Shown here piece after piece: positions 1 through 12,790 of a stretch of DNA of 64,000 bases (within the stretch, counting starts at the first letter, position 1; each line of letters begins with the position of its first letter). Source of the DNA: Octopus sinensis. Lineage: Eukaryota. Made by a program: the position numbers and the translations under genes. Below the pieces are notes generated by a model, which ran no database searches, had not been told where the DNA came from, and worked only from the letters and a program-made list of their open reading frames with translations. Location: contig NC_043001.1 in the NCBI RefSeq assembly GCF_006345805.1, positions 59,396,001-59,460,000 of the forward strand. Direction: 5' to 3'.

Positions 1-232
1 ACTTATCTGACAAGAGTATTCATCAGTGGATATTTACGAAAGCACCATACAGTTTCCCAAGCATAAAAGTAACCCAGAAAGGACAAAAAGCATTTTCCCG
101 ACTTGCAAACGATTTATGCCATTAGTATACACATATATTAGCATGCATTCTTACTTCCATATGCATCCATACATGTACATTGCAATCAACTACAACTGCT
201 GAATCGCAGATATATACATACAGTTCATTAAA

Positions 233-236
<4 letters not shown>

Positions 237-276
<40 letters not shown>
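237..276 (+). repeat. (CT)n microsatellite
   Basis: Pure tctctc run; source of the SLSLSL ORF at 180..362. Confidence 0.95.
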
Positions 277-279
<3 letters not shown>

Positions 280-735
280 CTATCTGCCTTTATCTGTCTG
301 TCTGTCTCTCCTTCTCTTCTCATGTCTTCAAATTTTTTAATATATTGTGCAACAACAAATGACTAAAGCGTTGCATCAATAGAGGTTTGATCCAGGTACT
401 AAAAACCAGAAAGTGCATACACGTACATAATTTATACAAAACATATGATTTAACTAAGACCAACATACACTTACAGATAATCGCGGTGGAAAACTTTAAA
501 CACTTATTTGACTGTTAAACGATACAAATAAATATACCTCAGGTAACAGCATAACGTTTTGATAAAGGAAGGATAGCTCATATAGCAAACTTGAAGACAC
601 GCCATGTCTTAAAATAATATACGGGTGTAGTATTGTTTTAAGGTAGGTCATCACAACGAGTCAAACTTGGAAATAAACAGCAGCAACCAGTTACATTTGT
701 TTGTAACTACTACAAAAATATAATGTATATAATGC

Positions 736-1152
736 TACTCTTTACTCTTTACTCTTTTACTTGTTTCAGTCATTTTGACTACGGCCATGCTGGAGCACCG
801 CCTTTAGTCGAGCAAATCGACCCCGGGACTTATTCTTTGTAAGCCCAGTACTTATTCTATCGGTCTCTTTTGCCGAACCGCTAAGTAACGCTGACATAAA
901 CACATCAGCATCGGTTGTCAAGCAATGCTAGGGGGACAAACACAGACACACAAACACACACACATATATATATATATATACATATATACGACAGGCTTCT
1001 TTCAGTTTCCGTCTACCAAATCCACTCACAAGGCATTGGTCGGCCCGGGGCTACAGCAGAAGACACTTGCCCAAGATGCCATGCAATGGGACTGAACCCG
1101 GAACCATGTGGTTGATTAGCAAGCTACTTACCACATAGCCACTCCTGCGCCT
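736..1152 (-). mobile_element. tRNA-derived SINE, near full length (about 417 bp; Octopus OK/OR1-like)
   Basis: Minus strand: head aggcgcaggagtggctatgtggtaag with A-box-like and B-box-like (ggttcagtccc) motifs, CORE-like cttgggcaagtgtcttc, internal (TA)/(TG) tract, tail gtaaaagagtaaagagta; homologous copies elsewhere in window. Family name from recall only. Confidence 0.9.
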
Positions 1153-1726
1153 GTTAAGAGAAAATTTATAGAAACTAATACTTCAATCCTCTTGAGAATT
1201 ATTCAATGGACATTTTCCACAACATTTTTTTTAAAATCACCACCTAAAACAACAAAAACTTAAGCAAATCTACCATCATCAGTTGCAACCACCATATTGC
1301 CAGTATTCCCACAATTCCGCAATTACAAGTCACGTCAACACCACCACCTTTAACTCCACTCCGTTTACATCTCATTAACACCGACACATTGCTGTTCCGT
1401 TATAGTAGTTTTAATGTTTTGCTTTTAAGTAAACACAGCATCGCCTGTAGTCTGCCTTTAGGAAATCTTACAGGAGCACGATGACTCATGAGGCTCCTTA
1501 CATTTGAAAGAAATAAAGGCAATTTCAGAAAATACTTTAGTCCGCAATACAGCTCTAGAGATATTTAATTCTCTTATTCACCATCTATATTTTAAATAAT
1601 GTTATTTCAAACTCACAATTTCTGAAAAGTGTCTTGAAAATTCATTGAAAGGTTTTTGTGTAGCATTTCTCTCTTTATTTAAAAATATATTGACATAATA
1701 GTTTTTTGTCTCAGTATACGTTTCAG

Positions 1727-1748
1727 TAATAATAATAATATTAATAAT

Positions 1749-1815
<67 letters not shown>
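1727..1815 (+). repeat. (AAT)n microsatellite
   Basis: Near-pure aataat run; gives the poly-Ile ORF. Confidence 0.95.
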
Positions 1816-1975
1816 GGAGGAAAATCTATTTACTCATTTCGCATTTACTATTTAAATACATTTCCCTTCGGACTTTCAAGCAGCGAAACAGCGTTCAAAG
1901 AAAACTTCTCACCCCAAAATATGAATAAAATAAAATTTAATTATTACAGAGAAGGAGGAGGTAGGAGGGACAGAT

Positions 1976-2122
1976 GAAGAAGAAGAAGAAGAAGAAGAAG
2001 AAGAAGAAGAAGAAGAAGAAGAAGAAGAAGAAGAAGAAGAAGAAGAAGAAGAAGAAGAAGAAGAAGAAGAAGAAGAAGAAGAAGAAGAAGAAGAAGAAGA
2101 AGAAGAAGAAGAAGAAGAAGAA
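1976..2122 (+). repeat. (GAA)n, about 49 units
   Basis: Uninterrupted gaa run. Confidence 0.97.
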
Positions 2123-2798
2123 GGCATATAAAGTGTAAAGAAGCTGGGCTATCTGTCTATGTCTAAAAATATCATAGTTTTATTTATATTTTGTCCGGCG
2201 ATTTATTGACTTTAGAATGAATTAATAGATAATTATTGGGAAAATATTTGTGAAGAGAGAAGAATGATGTGAAAGACATTACTGGGAAAAACTAAACATA
2301 TGGGAAATGCATTTGAAAATAATTAATATCATTACTCATCTGACCGTTTCAAACATAACCAGTGAGACATTCCAATGAAAAATTAAACACAAATATCCAC
2401 ATACACTTGTGAATTCTATTAGCGAAAATTCAAAATGTTATGCTGCAATCATTGGAGAAAAGAAGCGTTTGCAATATGTATAGATATGAAAAGATTAATC
2501 TGTCCCGTTTAAAATTCAAATTTCTAAATAAAAAGATAAGATTGGTTATGGTGAGGGAATCAATGTTTCGGAAATTTAAATTTAAATACAGAATAAATTG
2601 GCTGAGAAAATTTCTTTTCAATTATTCAGCTTTGAAAAGTGTTTGTGTTTAATTGGTTTGATACACGTAACATTTTATAAAGGAATGGTTTATAAGATCG
2701 TATCAAGCCAAAGTTTGATCTACAAGCGAATATATTGTAAAATATAGTATACACACACACACACACGCACACATATATATATACATACATAAATAATA

Positions 2799-3217
2799 TT
2801 TTTTACTCAAGGCACAAGGCCCGAAATTTCTGGAAAAGGGGGCCAGTCGATTGGATCGACTCTAGTACACAACTGGCACTTAATTTATCGACCTCGAAAG
2901 GATGAAAGGCAAGTCGGCTTCGGCGGAATTTGAACTCGGAGCGTAAAGACAAACGAAATACTGCTAAGTATCTCGCTCAGCTTACAAATGTTTCTTATTT
3001 CTTTATTGCCCACAAGGGGCTAAACATAGAAGGGACGAACAAGGACAGAAAAAGAGATTAAGTAGATTACATCGACCCCAGTGCGTAACTGGTACTTAAT
3101 TTATCGACCCCGAAATGATGAAAGGCGAAGTCAACCACGGCGGAATTTGAACGGCAGACAAAATACCACTAAGCATTTCGCCCGGCGTGCTAACATTTCT
3201 GCCAGCTCGCCGCCTTA
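2799..3217 (-). mobile_element. Two tandem/nested copies of a second tRNA-derived SINE family
   Basis: Body ggcggaatttgaac (B-box gttcaaattcc on minus) plus taatttatcgacc.cgaaa.gatgaaaggc occurs twice (about 2880-2960 and 3090-3170); head taaggcggcgagctggcagaaatgttag at the right end; third copy at 11095. Confidence 0.85.
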
Positions 3218-3472
3218 CATTCATGGATAATAAAAAAAGAAAGAATTATGTTTTAATGATCAGTTACGACTGTTTCTTTAACAATTTGCTTCCAACGCCA
3301 GTTTACGCATAAATTCAAATTGAAAATTTACGTAGTACCTGTGGTTTTAGTCATTAGAGTGCACTTCACCAGACTTGCATCAGAGGCGTGCTCTTACATT
3401 GTGCATCGCCCAGATATTGTTTCCTGCTCATGGTTAGAAATGAATAATAGTTAGAGAGCAAGTGAGAGAAAA

Positions 3473-3598
3473 GAAGAAGAAGAAGAAGAAGAAGAAGAAG
3501 AAGAAGAAGAAGAAGAAGAAGAAGAAGAAGAAGAAGAAGAAGAAGAAGAAGAAGAAGAAGAAGAAGAAGAAGAAGAAGAAGAAGAAGAAGAAGAAGAA
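3473..3598 (+). repeat. (GAA)n, about 42 units
   Basis: Uninterrupted gaa run. Confidence 0.97.
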
Positions 3599-3850
3599 AG
3601 GACATGAAGTAATAAGGAAAAGGTAATATAGAGCTAATCCGTGTATCTGGAGGAAAGACAGGGTAAAATGTCAGTCAATACGTAGTCAGCGATATCAAAT
3701 TTAATTTGATTGGTAAGAAAGTATTTCAGTTTAACACGAGCGACAACTTTAAGCAGACAAAATTGAACGACAGGTGAAATTGTTAACAATGACAACTATT
3801 TTCATAATATTCATAGTAAGAAGAGAATGATGAGAAGAAAATAAAAAATA

Positions 3851-3951
3851 ATACATACACGCATACATGCATACATACATACATACATACCTACATACAT
3901 ACCTACATACATTCATACATACATACATACATACATACATACATACATACA

Positions 3952-3983
<32 letters not shown>

Positions 3984-3985
3984 CA
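3851..3985 (+). repeat. (CATA)n microsatellite
   Basis: atacatac run; source of the MYVC ORFs. Confidence 0.95.
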
Positions 3986-4210
3986 CATGCATATATACAT
4001 ACATTTTTCAAACTTAAGATATGAGTAAAAATTCTTGCTGAACACACTAGCACAAATAAAAAAGACAAAAAATAAAATAAATTTAGACATATAAATTTAG
4101 ACAAAAACAGATAAAGGAGAAATTTGAGAACATTAAAAACAAAACGAGATAAACTGACCATGTATCATATTTATTTTGTCCGGTTATTTTAGAATGAATT
4201 AACAAGAAAA

Positions 4211-5805
4211 TCTCTCTATATAGAAAACTTAGAATGTGTGTGTGTCTGTCTGTCTGTGTGTTTCCCTAAAACTTGAGAACTACGCAACCAATTTCATTCA
4301 AATTTTACACATGCCTTATTTAGGGTCCATGTAGTTTCTTGGGCAAAAATGTTCAACTTCTTGCAAAGGGCTAGCCCATAGCAATATCATATCTTCTCCA
4401 CTATTTCAGTATTACGTGTTAAAAGTGAAACAAAAACATCTCTCCATTTTACGTCAGATACTTTCACTTTAACAATAAAAATTAGAGATAATAATAACAA
4501 TTGAATTATATGTAGTGAGTAATAATTAAAACTAAAGTATAATATAATCGTGACAAAACAAAAGTAAAAATAGCAATTGGTATAACATTGCATCAATGAC
4601 TTGAACTTGAATAAGTGGTTTCACATGAATGGGAATAAATTAAAAATAAAATTAGCGTGCAGAAATGGAATAGTCCAGATGGAGCTGTACACATACCGTT
4701 TACTACGGCTTTTACATTAGATTATCTGTTAATTAGGTAGCATTAAGTGTCTATATGAAGTTTTGCTGTATGTAATGTCTGTTTTCTCGAACAGCCGCTT
4801 CTACTGAGTACTGCTGTTGGTTTATTTCTTATACATAAAGAACTATAGCTTCAACTGAGTATTGCTTTTTGATTCACCGTAAGGTTTGTTGTTATTATTA
4901 TTACTGTTTAACTATTGTTATCACGTTTGTTGGGTCCTCGCAAGGGAAACGTTTTTGTGTTACATTTGTTAAATAATTGTAAACTGTAACCCTCCCCCTT
5001 TGGGAGAAGGAGCTTTGGTTATTGTTTAAAAATTGAATTGTGTCCCTGTTTGGGGAAATTGACAATATTTTCACCGTTTATACGGAAGCATTTTGTTAGA
5101 ATGCCTTCGATAGAAGAAAGTCCAAAAATGAATTTCGCTGCAGCCGTCGGCGGGCGCGAACTCATTAAAATTAAAATGGAAGAAATACAAACCTATTTCG
5201 GGTTGATCACCGACAAAGACGGTGAATCAAGGATAACACCATCAAACGAAATAAATAATTAAATTAAAGAAAATACTATTGTCTATAAACTATACAATGT
5301 AGAGAAAAAAAGATTTGAACACCTGGAGGAAAGCACCATCGAAAAATGTTTTGATGCGACTAAGAAAGATATCTAACCAGAGGCGGTAAATTTGCCAGAA
5401 TAGAAGCAAGGTTCGAGTCAACGGAGCGTGCAAGGGAGTACTCGACTCGAACCTTGCAAAGTGAAAATATTTTATTTTTACCCTTATATCTGGGACGTAG
5501 GACGTCCCGGATAAAAATGTTAAATGTCCCCCCAGAAGTAGAGGTAGGCTGGATTGTAGCCACACTTCTATACAAGAGGGAGGACAAGATACAATTGATC
5601 GAAATTGCAAGAGACGGGCCTACAATTCCAGTCTGTTATATATTTTGAGTATTGTTATCACTAGCGATATCAAGATATAACTTTGTATTTTGCATTTTAT
5701 GTGTAGATGTATATATACAGATGTACATGTAAAATGTACACTTATATATACACATATATACATGCACTAGCACTATGACCCGGCAACGACGGGTCATAAT
5801 GCTAG
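4211..5805 (+). mobile_element. Non-autonomous Helitron, copy 1 (about 1.6 kb)
   Basis: 5' A|TCTCTCTATATAG start, subterminal (GT)/(GTCT) microsatellite and aactacgcaaccaatttcattcaaatttt core, 3' hairpin atgacccg-gcaacga-cgggtcat followed by CTAG|T; second copy at 47317..48923. Confidence 0.88.
5101..5648 (+). pseudogene. Disrupted LINE ORF1-like (probably L1/Tx1-type) fragment captured inside the Helitron
   Basis: MPSIEESPKMNFAAAVGG... then, after a stop and frameshift, RYLTRGGKFARIEARFESTERAREYSTRTLQSENILFLPLYLGRRTSRIKMLNVPPEVEVGWIVATLL; resembles the N-terminus of non-LTR ORF1 proteins (recognition by eye). Confidence 0.55.
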
Positions 5806-6220
5806 TAGTATATAAAGATGGAAGAAGTACCACAAGGAAAGTTGTGTGTGTGTTTGTGTTTGTTTATCGTTGTTTTGTGTGTGTGTGTGTTAAGCTTCTA
5901 AAGCCATCTTTTTTTTCATTTTCGATTCTAAGCTGTGAATGATATGGAAAATATACAATATTATATTGAAATTATTTAATGCGAACTTAATTGTAATTTA
6001 AAAGTCAAAGTGAATTATTGGTTGTTGGAAATTGGGCAGAGTAATTTGAAAAGTGAATTATTTTATTATAGATTATTACTGTATAACCGCTTCAAATATT
6101 CATCTGTAAATAACTTTATTAAATGTGATTAACTGGAATACAAAAATAACTGGGTAGAAGAAAGTGTATAAATAAACTCAAATAAGAAAAAACGATAAAA
6201 GCTAAGGGAAGAGGGAACGA

Positions 6221-6346
6221 GAAGAAGAAGAAGAAGAAGAAGAAGAAGAAGAAGAAGAAGAAGAAGAAGAAGAAGAAGAAGAAGAAGAAGAAGAAGAAGA
6301 AGAAGAAGAAGAAGAAGAAGAAGAAGAAGAAGAAGAAGAAGAAGAA
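6221..6346 (+). repeat. (GAA)n, about 42 units
   Basis: Uninterrupted gaa run. Confidence 0.97.
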
Positions 6347-7003
6347 GGATGTGAGAGAAACAATACAGAAAATGCAGAGAGAGAAGGGGAGGAAGGGCGA
6401 AGGAGAGAGAGAGAGACAGAGAATTAAAGTGGTAGCAGAAACTTCAGCACCAAGAAGAACACAAAGTAAAAGTAAAAAATTAATGAAGGAAAATAAAACA
6501 AAATATGTAGAAATATTTAAATACATCAAATGTTATGCTTGCATAGTGGATGATATCTTGATTTGTAGCAGGTGGAAATTATCTTGAAAATATTTAAAAT
6601 CATAAGAGAGACAATCACACTTGAATATCATTGAAGATGCACCAATAATTATAGAACTTGCTTTTCTCTATGAGCCACGATACAATAGTTTTTAAAAAAT
6701 TATACGAATAAGAACATATATTTCCATAGTCATCAATATGTCTACACTTTTATGATAATTGATAACTGGAATGAATTTTCTCAGAAATTCCTCTATCAAC
6801 TGGTTAATGATGTAAGTTAGATCCCAGTCGTATTTATCAACTACTCTCAGGCCAATTGTGCTTTTCTGTCTAATACAGTGAAATAATTAAACACACTCTA
6901 CCCATAATTTATATCTTTTACATTGCATAATGAAAGCCATAACTTATTAACTCTAAAATTTAGTATTACAGTCTAAAATCACACCATAGAAATCCTGGAT
7001 GAT

Positions 7004-7044
<41 letters not shown>

Positions 7045-7854
7045 ACACACACACATACACACACACACATACACACACATACACACACATATATATATAT
7101 ATAATATATATATATATTTATACATGTATATATATATCCCTGTTTATCTATTATTAATCCAACTACATAACTTCTGGAAGATATTAGTTTACAAAATACT
7201 AGATGAATACGCACACCACGGTGGCGGCCTTCTATATGGCTTCCACACTGAGAAAAACTGATTTCAAGTTTTACTGCATAGACTATAACAACATAGAAAA
7301 ATACATATCTAATTTTCACTTCTGAATTTTCCGTAGTACCATCAGAGATCATAACACAGAAAACCACATAGTTCTTAAACGCACTGTCTTTATTTTCTGT
7401 TATCCGATTCTGTTATAACATACTTTCTTTTGTTGTCATTACACTTATTGTGATTCATATACAAGATTCGATATACAGAGTTATTGATATCCATATTTAC
7501 CCGCTTCCTTGATTGCATATCCATCACATTTTTTCTGAAAGTAAACTTGCAGAGATTAAAATTGATGACGTGTACATCTGACTCACATGTCTACTATTTT
7601 CTTCTACCTAACACAAAGAAAATAAGTGCTTCTAGGCACAGCCAATTCTACTGGTCGATTTACTTAACACTCAATATTAATGCTGTTTACTTATCGAAAA
7701 TTGTAATGTAATTTGAAGCTTGACTTAGTTCAACTTATATCCATCTCGTTTTCTCACACTTAACTCATGCCACGTATATATATTTAAATGGTAATATGTT
7801 ACATATAACGTACAGTAGGTCAGTTGGTTACTCAACGTTTAGCAGGGATAATTT

Positions 7855-9530
7855 TTGTATAAATTATTGGACAGTGTGTTCATGGATAACTGTGCTACTA
7901 AGGTTTCGACAATCATTTCATCTAACCCTAGTGAAGAGATATCTTCCGAAAATCATCAATATCAAACATTAATTAGTATGTCTGATTACAGAATGTTCGA
8001 GACACCACTGTTGCTCAACCATCTATATCCCGTTATAATTATCAAACACAAGCTTCAAGTACTAGAGAAATATAGCCCCTATCTACATGGGTCCTTTACG
8101 TATTCTCCTTACGATGAATGAAATCGTTACAAGTGTCTGTTCGAAATGTTAATACAACAAAGAACTAAAATATATCTCTAAACACTTAATCCGTGGTAGA
8201 AAAAGTGACCAAATTCAAAGTTATACCGAAGAAATCTCCAGACAGAGATTTGAACTCAAAAAGCCAAGTAAATCAAACACCTAACCAATCATATAAACCA
8301 TAGAGACTGCAACGTTTCGGAATCTAGAAGTACTAATCTGCAACGACCAATATATTCAGCGAAATGCAGTTTTAATCATATTAGGAAGCAAATATTCGTT
8401 ACCAGCAAATTTGTTTTTGAAACATGTGAAAGATTATCGGCAAAACTGAAATATATGAAAAAAAAGAAGTACATTAACTCAGTACTGATTGTTCATATCA
8501 GGAAATTGCAGATGAAACATGCTCCCAATGAACCAGAAAAACGTAGATAGAAGATGGCTCTGGACAAAATGGAAATAATACTTTTACGATTAACCAACAA
8601 GAAAACGGAAATGGAAACTTCAAAACAAGCCAAGATCTACTACATGAGAAGAGTTTTAAGCGTTTCTTTAGAAGCAGGAGAAAAGTCCGATTTGCTTCAA
8701 TAATTATGAAACGGATTTTATAGCATAATTTCATACTGATAACTCTTTCTTAAAGAAAGCTAAAAGCTATGAACTTCCCTTACAAACAGCAAAACAAGTT
8801 ATAAAAACTTATAATCACCGAGGATACTAAAACAATAGAATAAATCCCAAGAAGTTTAGACAACATAGAATAACAACTAGAAGTACTCAATAACCGTCTT
8901 CTTCGAGAGAGAATATGTCCAATAACCAATATACTCAACGGAACAAGAAATTATGATTTGAAAATAATCTACGGACAGAACCTGAATATGTATATTCTGT
9001 CAACAGAACCAGAATATGTATATATTCTGTCAACTGAATTCGTGACACAAGGTGGAACAAACCAAATTGAGAACCTGGAGATAATCAAACTACACAATAT
9101 ATTCCCCAAATCTGTAGGAGTAAAAAGAAATTACACGGGCTTATAGTGAATCAAACTCTACCAATAAGCATACAACATTACAACGGTCTTAAAATTACGA
9201 CTTATTGTAGTTAGTTCAACATGCTATATACACAGAAATTGCAACTTTAGAGACACACTCTTGATAATCAACAATCTAACTTTCAAAACATTGAGTTATG
9301 ACATCATCAAGGGAGTGATTAAGAGCTTTATTTGGACAGACATCAAAGTGATGGATTTTACGCCAGTAAAAAAGAAAGAAATAGAAAGAAATGCTTTCCA
9401 ACTATTGCTCAGTCTTGATAAGTCTACACAAGTTCGATTAGAACATGAAAAAAAAAGAGATAAAGAATCGAAAACCACCAACCATAACGTCGGCTTTTCC
9501 TGTATTCAGCTTTCTCTCGACAACTAATAC
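7855..9530 (+). mobile_element. Highly decayed non-LTR retrotransposon ORF2 remnant (L1/Tx1-like?)
   Basis: NHQYQTLISMSDYRMF...LLNHLYPV resembles the RT NYRPI.LLN.DYKI...L.NRL motif; 9261..9527 resembles an L1/Tx1 C-terminal region; weak similarity only. Confidence 0.33.
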
Positions 9531-9662
9531 CACTCGAACGTTCTTTGTTAAACATCCACTAAAACTCAGAGATTGGCAAATAATGGTGGAGCGAAAATTA
9601 CTCCCACAGAAATCATGAAATTGTGAACCTGTTGGGGAGACGAAAATATATTATACATTGAG

Positions 9663-9724
<62 letters not shown>

Positions 9725-9959
9725 CTCATACCCACTTAAAGTACTTATAATGACTGACAAGGGAGGCTTTCTGCGGTTATCAGTTGTTTCGACTCTCATT
9801 TCTAGCAATACTGGTGCTGACTAGTGCTCTTAGTCACTGTAGTGACGTCTATATATATGCCTTTGGGTTGTAAATTGCAAATATGCCACATTTACTATAT
9901 ATACATATATAAAATTAGAAATATTGCTTTTCTAAATCTCTTAGAGAGACTTATACAGT

Positions 9960-10425
9960 AGCAGCAGAATAAAATGATAATTTGTTGCCAAATTAATGTG
10001 GCAGTCACATTTACTGTCTTTTAATTTCCAGATGAATTTACTAAGACTAGTCGAAGAGCGTTTATTAGAGTTTCTAAAAGAACATTCATGATTGGCCAAT
10101 CTAAGTTTCATATATGATTCTGTACAACCAATGTTGAAAAAGTGTTTATCATCAGCTTCAACCATTGCTTGGTATAATAATTGCTACCGTTAGCTATAAT
10201 TATTATATTTACATTGCAATCTAAGAACTTACTAAGATTATCACTAGAATGAGTAGGTGGGTTATGGGCAGTAGGCTCACTTTGAATGGTTATATTAGAA
10301 TATTCTGACTTAGCTTTAACTGATACATTATGTGTTTGTTTATTATTGGGAATATTAAGCTTTTGCTGAGCGTAAAAATGTAAGCAGAAAAAAGCAACGA
10401 CTGAAGATTTTCGGACCATGAACAT
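9960..10425 (-). mobile_element. Penelope-like element GIY-YIG endonuclease remnant
   Basis: FNIGCTESYMKLRLANHECSFRNSNKRSSTSLSKFIWKLKD matches the PLE YIG.TE..FK.R..NH..SF....ST.LSK.IW.LK motif. Confidence 0.75.
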
Positions 10426-10487
10426 TTAAGTATAAAAATAGAGATATTTATATGATTATAGATCAAACGTACACAGAGTATAAACGA

Positions 10488-10873
10488 CAGAAAAAATTAA
10501 AGAGGAGGAGGTTAGGTATTAAAACAGCTGTTTGGGCTCTGATAGCCATCATAATGTTGGTAAATGTACTTCACCAAAATATACAGCCAGTAATTGAAGA
10601 ATAAAGTTTGGATAAATTGACCCTCTATCATCACGGTAGAAAGAATCTTACATTTCAGATTAATGCAAAGATTTAAATATACCACGTTTAAACTTCTCTG
10701 CATCATAATCTGAAATATAAGATTATTTTTTCTACCCTGATGACGGAGGCACGACTTATTCCATGTGTTTTGCTTCCATTTCTGGCCGTATATTTTGGTG
10801 AATTACATTTACCAACATTATGATGGATACCCGAGCACCCAGACACAGCTCTCCTCTCCTTTAAATTTCTCTG
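10488..10873. repeat. Imperfect foldback (inverted repeat), arms about 190 bp, 9-nt loop
   Basis: ccatcataatgttggtaaatgtacttcaccaaaatatacagccag (left) is matched by the reverse complement of ctggccgtatattttggtgaattacatttaccaacattatgatgg (right); pairing continues in to tttaaa-tataccacg-tttaaa. Confidence 0.9.
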
Positions 10874-11094
10874 CATGAAGAAAGCGATAGCGAAGGTCAT
10901 CGACCGGAGACAAATCACTGAAAACCGTAACAAAAGAGGCCATCGAAGAGAAAGCCTGGTAGACGGAAAGATGCGAAGAGCATTTCACCGAATTTGGGTC
11001 CACATAAACTTCTATTCAGAACACTGTGCTAGAAACTGTCGAATGCCACATTGAAAGCACAGAGAGTTTGGGGGGAAATTAATATTTTAATATT

Positions 11095-11308
11095 GGTTTC
11101 AAAATTTAGCACAAGGTCAGCAATTTCAAAGGGGAGGTTAAGTCGATTACATATACCCCAATGCTCGACTGCTATTATTTAATCGATCCCGAAATGAAGA
11201 AAGGCAGAGTTGACCTTGACGGAATTTGAACTCAGAATGTAAAGACGGACGAAATACGGCTACACATTTCGCCCGGAGTGCTAACGATTCTGCCAACTCG
11301 CCGACTTC
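11095..11308 (-). mobile_element. tRNA-derived SINE (same family as 2799..3217)
   Basis: ggaatttgaactcagaatgtaaagacggacgaaatac...catttcgcccggagtgctaacgattctgccaactcgccg. Confidence 0.85.
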
Positions 11309-12087
11309 CTAATCTCTTAATACTGAGAGAAGCAACGATTGTTGATTTGTTGTTGTTTAAACTAAGATTTATGTAGATTAAAATTAGAACTCTCGTACCG
11401 CCTTGTGTCGTAGTTTCCCTTGGACAATATTTTCCAAAGTGTAATTTCTTTTTTAAAATGGTAAATAATCCAATATGTGAGACCTGATTTCAATCCTACT
11501 TATATGCGGCACTGATACTTGCAAGTCTGAATCAGTAATCTAAACCTATATTATGTATTCTAATCTATATTTTAAATTCTTAAAGTTTTTCTTAGTGCTG
11601 TTGACTACTATATTTACTATATTCTTTCAGACAGCAACAAAAATAGGCAACCCAGGGACAATAAAAATATTCTTTCAGACAGCAATGGCTGTCAGAAAAA
11701 AATATTTTTATTGGTGCTGGCTCGTCAATTTTTATTGTACTTTCGATTAGGTTCGAACCAGTGATAATTGAAATTACCTATCAAATGTTTACCCCACTTT
11801 ACTCTCCCCTCTAGTTTTCATGCAGTGAGCGCCCAAGTCTACGTTATACAATATATGCTTCGGCATTTTAGACAGTAAAAGAGATCTTGTTGCACACTTG
11901 TTTATCATTTCTAGCAAACAAAACGGCTACGCAGATGTTTAGTTATTGAGGTGAAGAGATAATGATCTTATACCGGAAAGTAAAGTACAAAAAACTTACA
12001 TGCAAAAATTATAAATAAAGGGTGAGTCAAAGTGGGGAGAGGAAAAGTTTCATTTCTTCGTCTACGTTTGATCATAGGAACAGCAAC

Positions 12088-12145
<58 letters not shown>

Positions 12146-12557
12146 TAATAAGAGAGAGGAAGATTTGAGAGAGAGTGAGAGTAAGAAAGAGATATATAGA
12201 CAAAATTAGAGATGGAAAGAAAGATGGAAAATAAGAAAGAAAAGATTAAGAGAGCGAAATTGAGGAAAACGATAGTAAGCAGCGATACAATGTCATTCCT
12301 GTCTGAATGAGAATAAAGAGATGTGAATGCATAGAGCAAGTTAGTTATCGGTTAGAAAATATAATGATGTCATCTATTAAGGAGAATGTCAAAACTGCTT
12401 TCGGTAATGATATTGCGCGTATGTGAGAGATAGAATATACACTAGGTGTTAATTGAGTGGAAAGGAGATAGAGAGAGACACTGATAGAAAATTCATAAAT
12501 TGACATATAAAGAAATAGATATGGAAAGACAGGCAGGCAAAGAAATAAACAGACAGA

Positions 12558-12790
<233 letters not shown>

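Noticed and set aside
1060-1152. tRNA-like A/B boxes here and at other SINE heads
   Set aside because: No complete cloverleaf; continuous with SINE bodies
2165-4210. About 45-bp similarity between 2170-2225 and 4163-4205 suggesting an old tandem duplication
   Set aside because: Similarity does not extend into the flanks; AT-rich and short
10880-11010. RTE-like peptide EKAW*TERCEEHFTEF
   Set aside because: Too short and weak to assign
11619-11685. 19-bp direct repeat atattctttcagacagcaa, 48 bp apart
   Set aside because: Only two copies; ordinary local duplication. The same applies to the gaatatgtatattctgtcaac pair near 8985-9035
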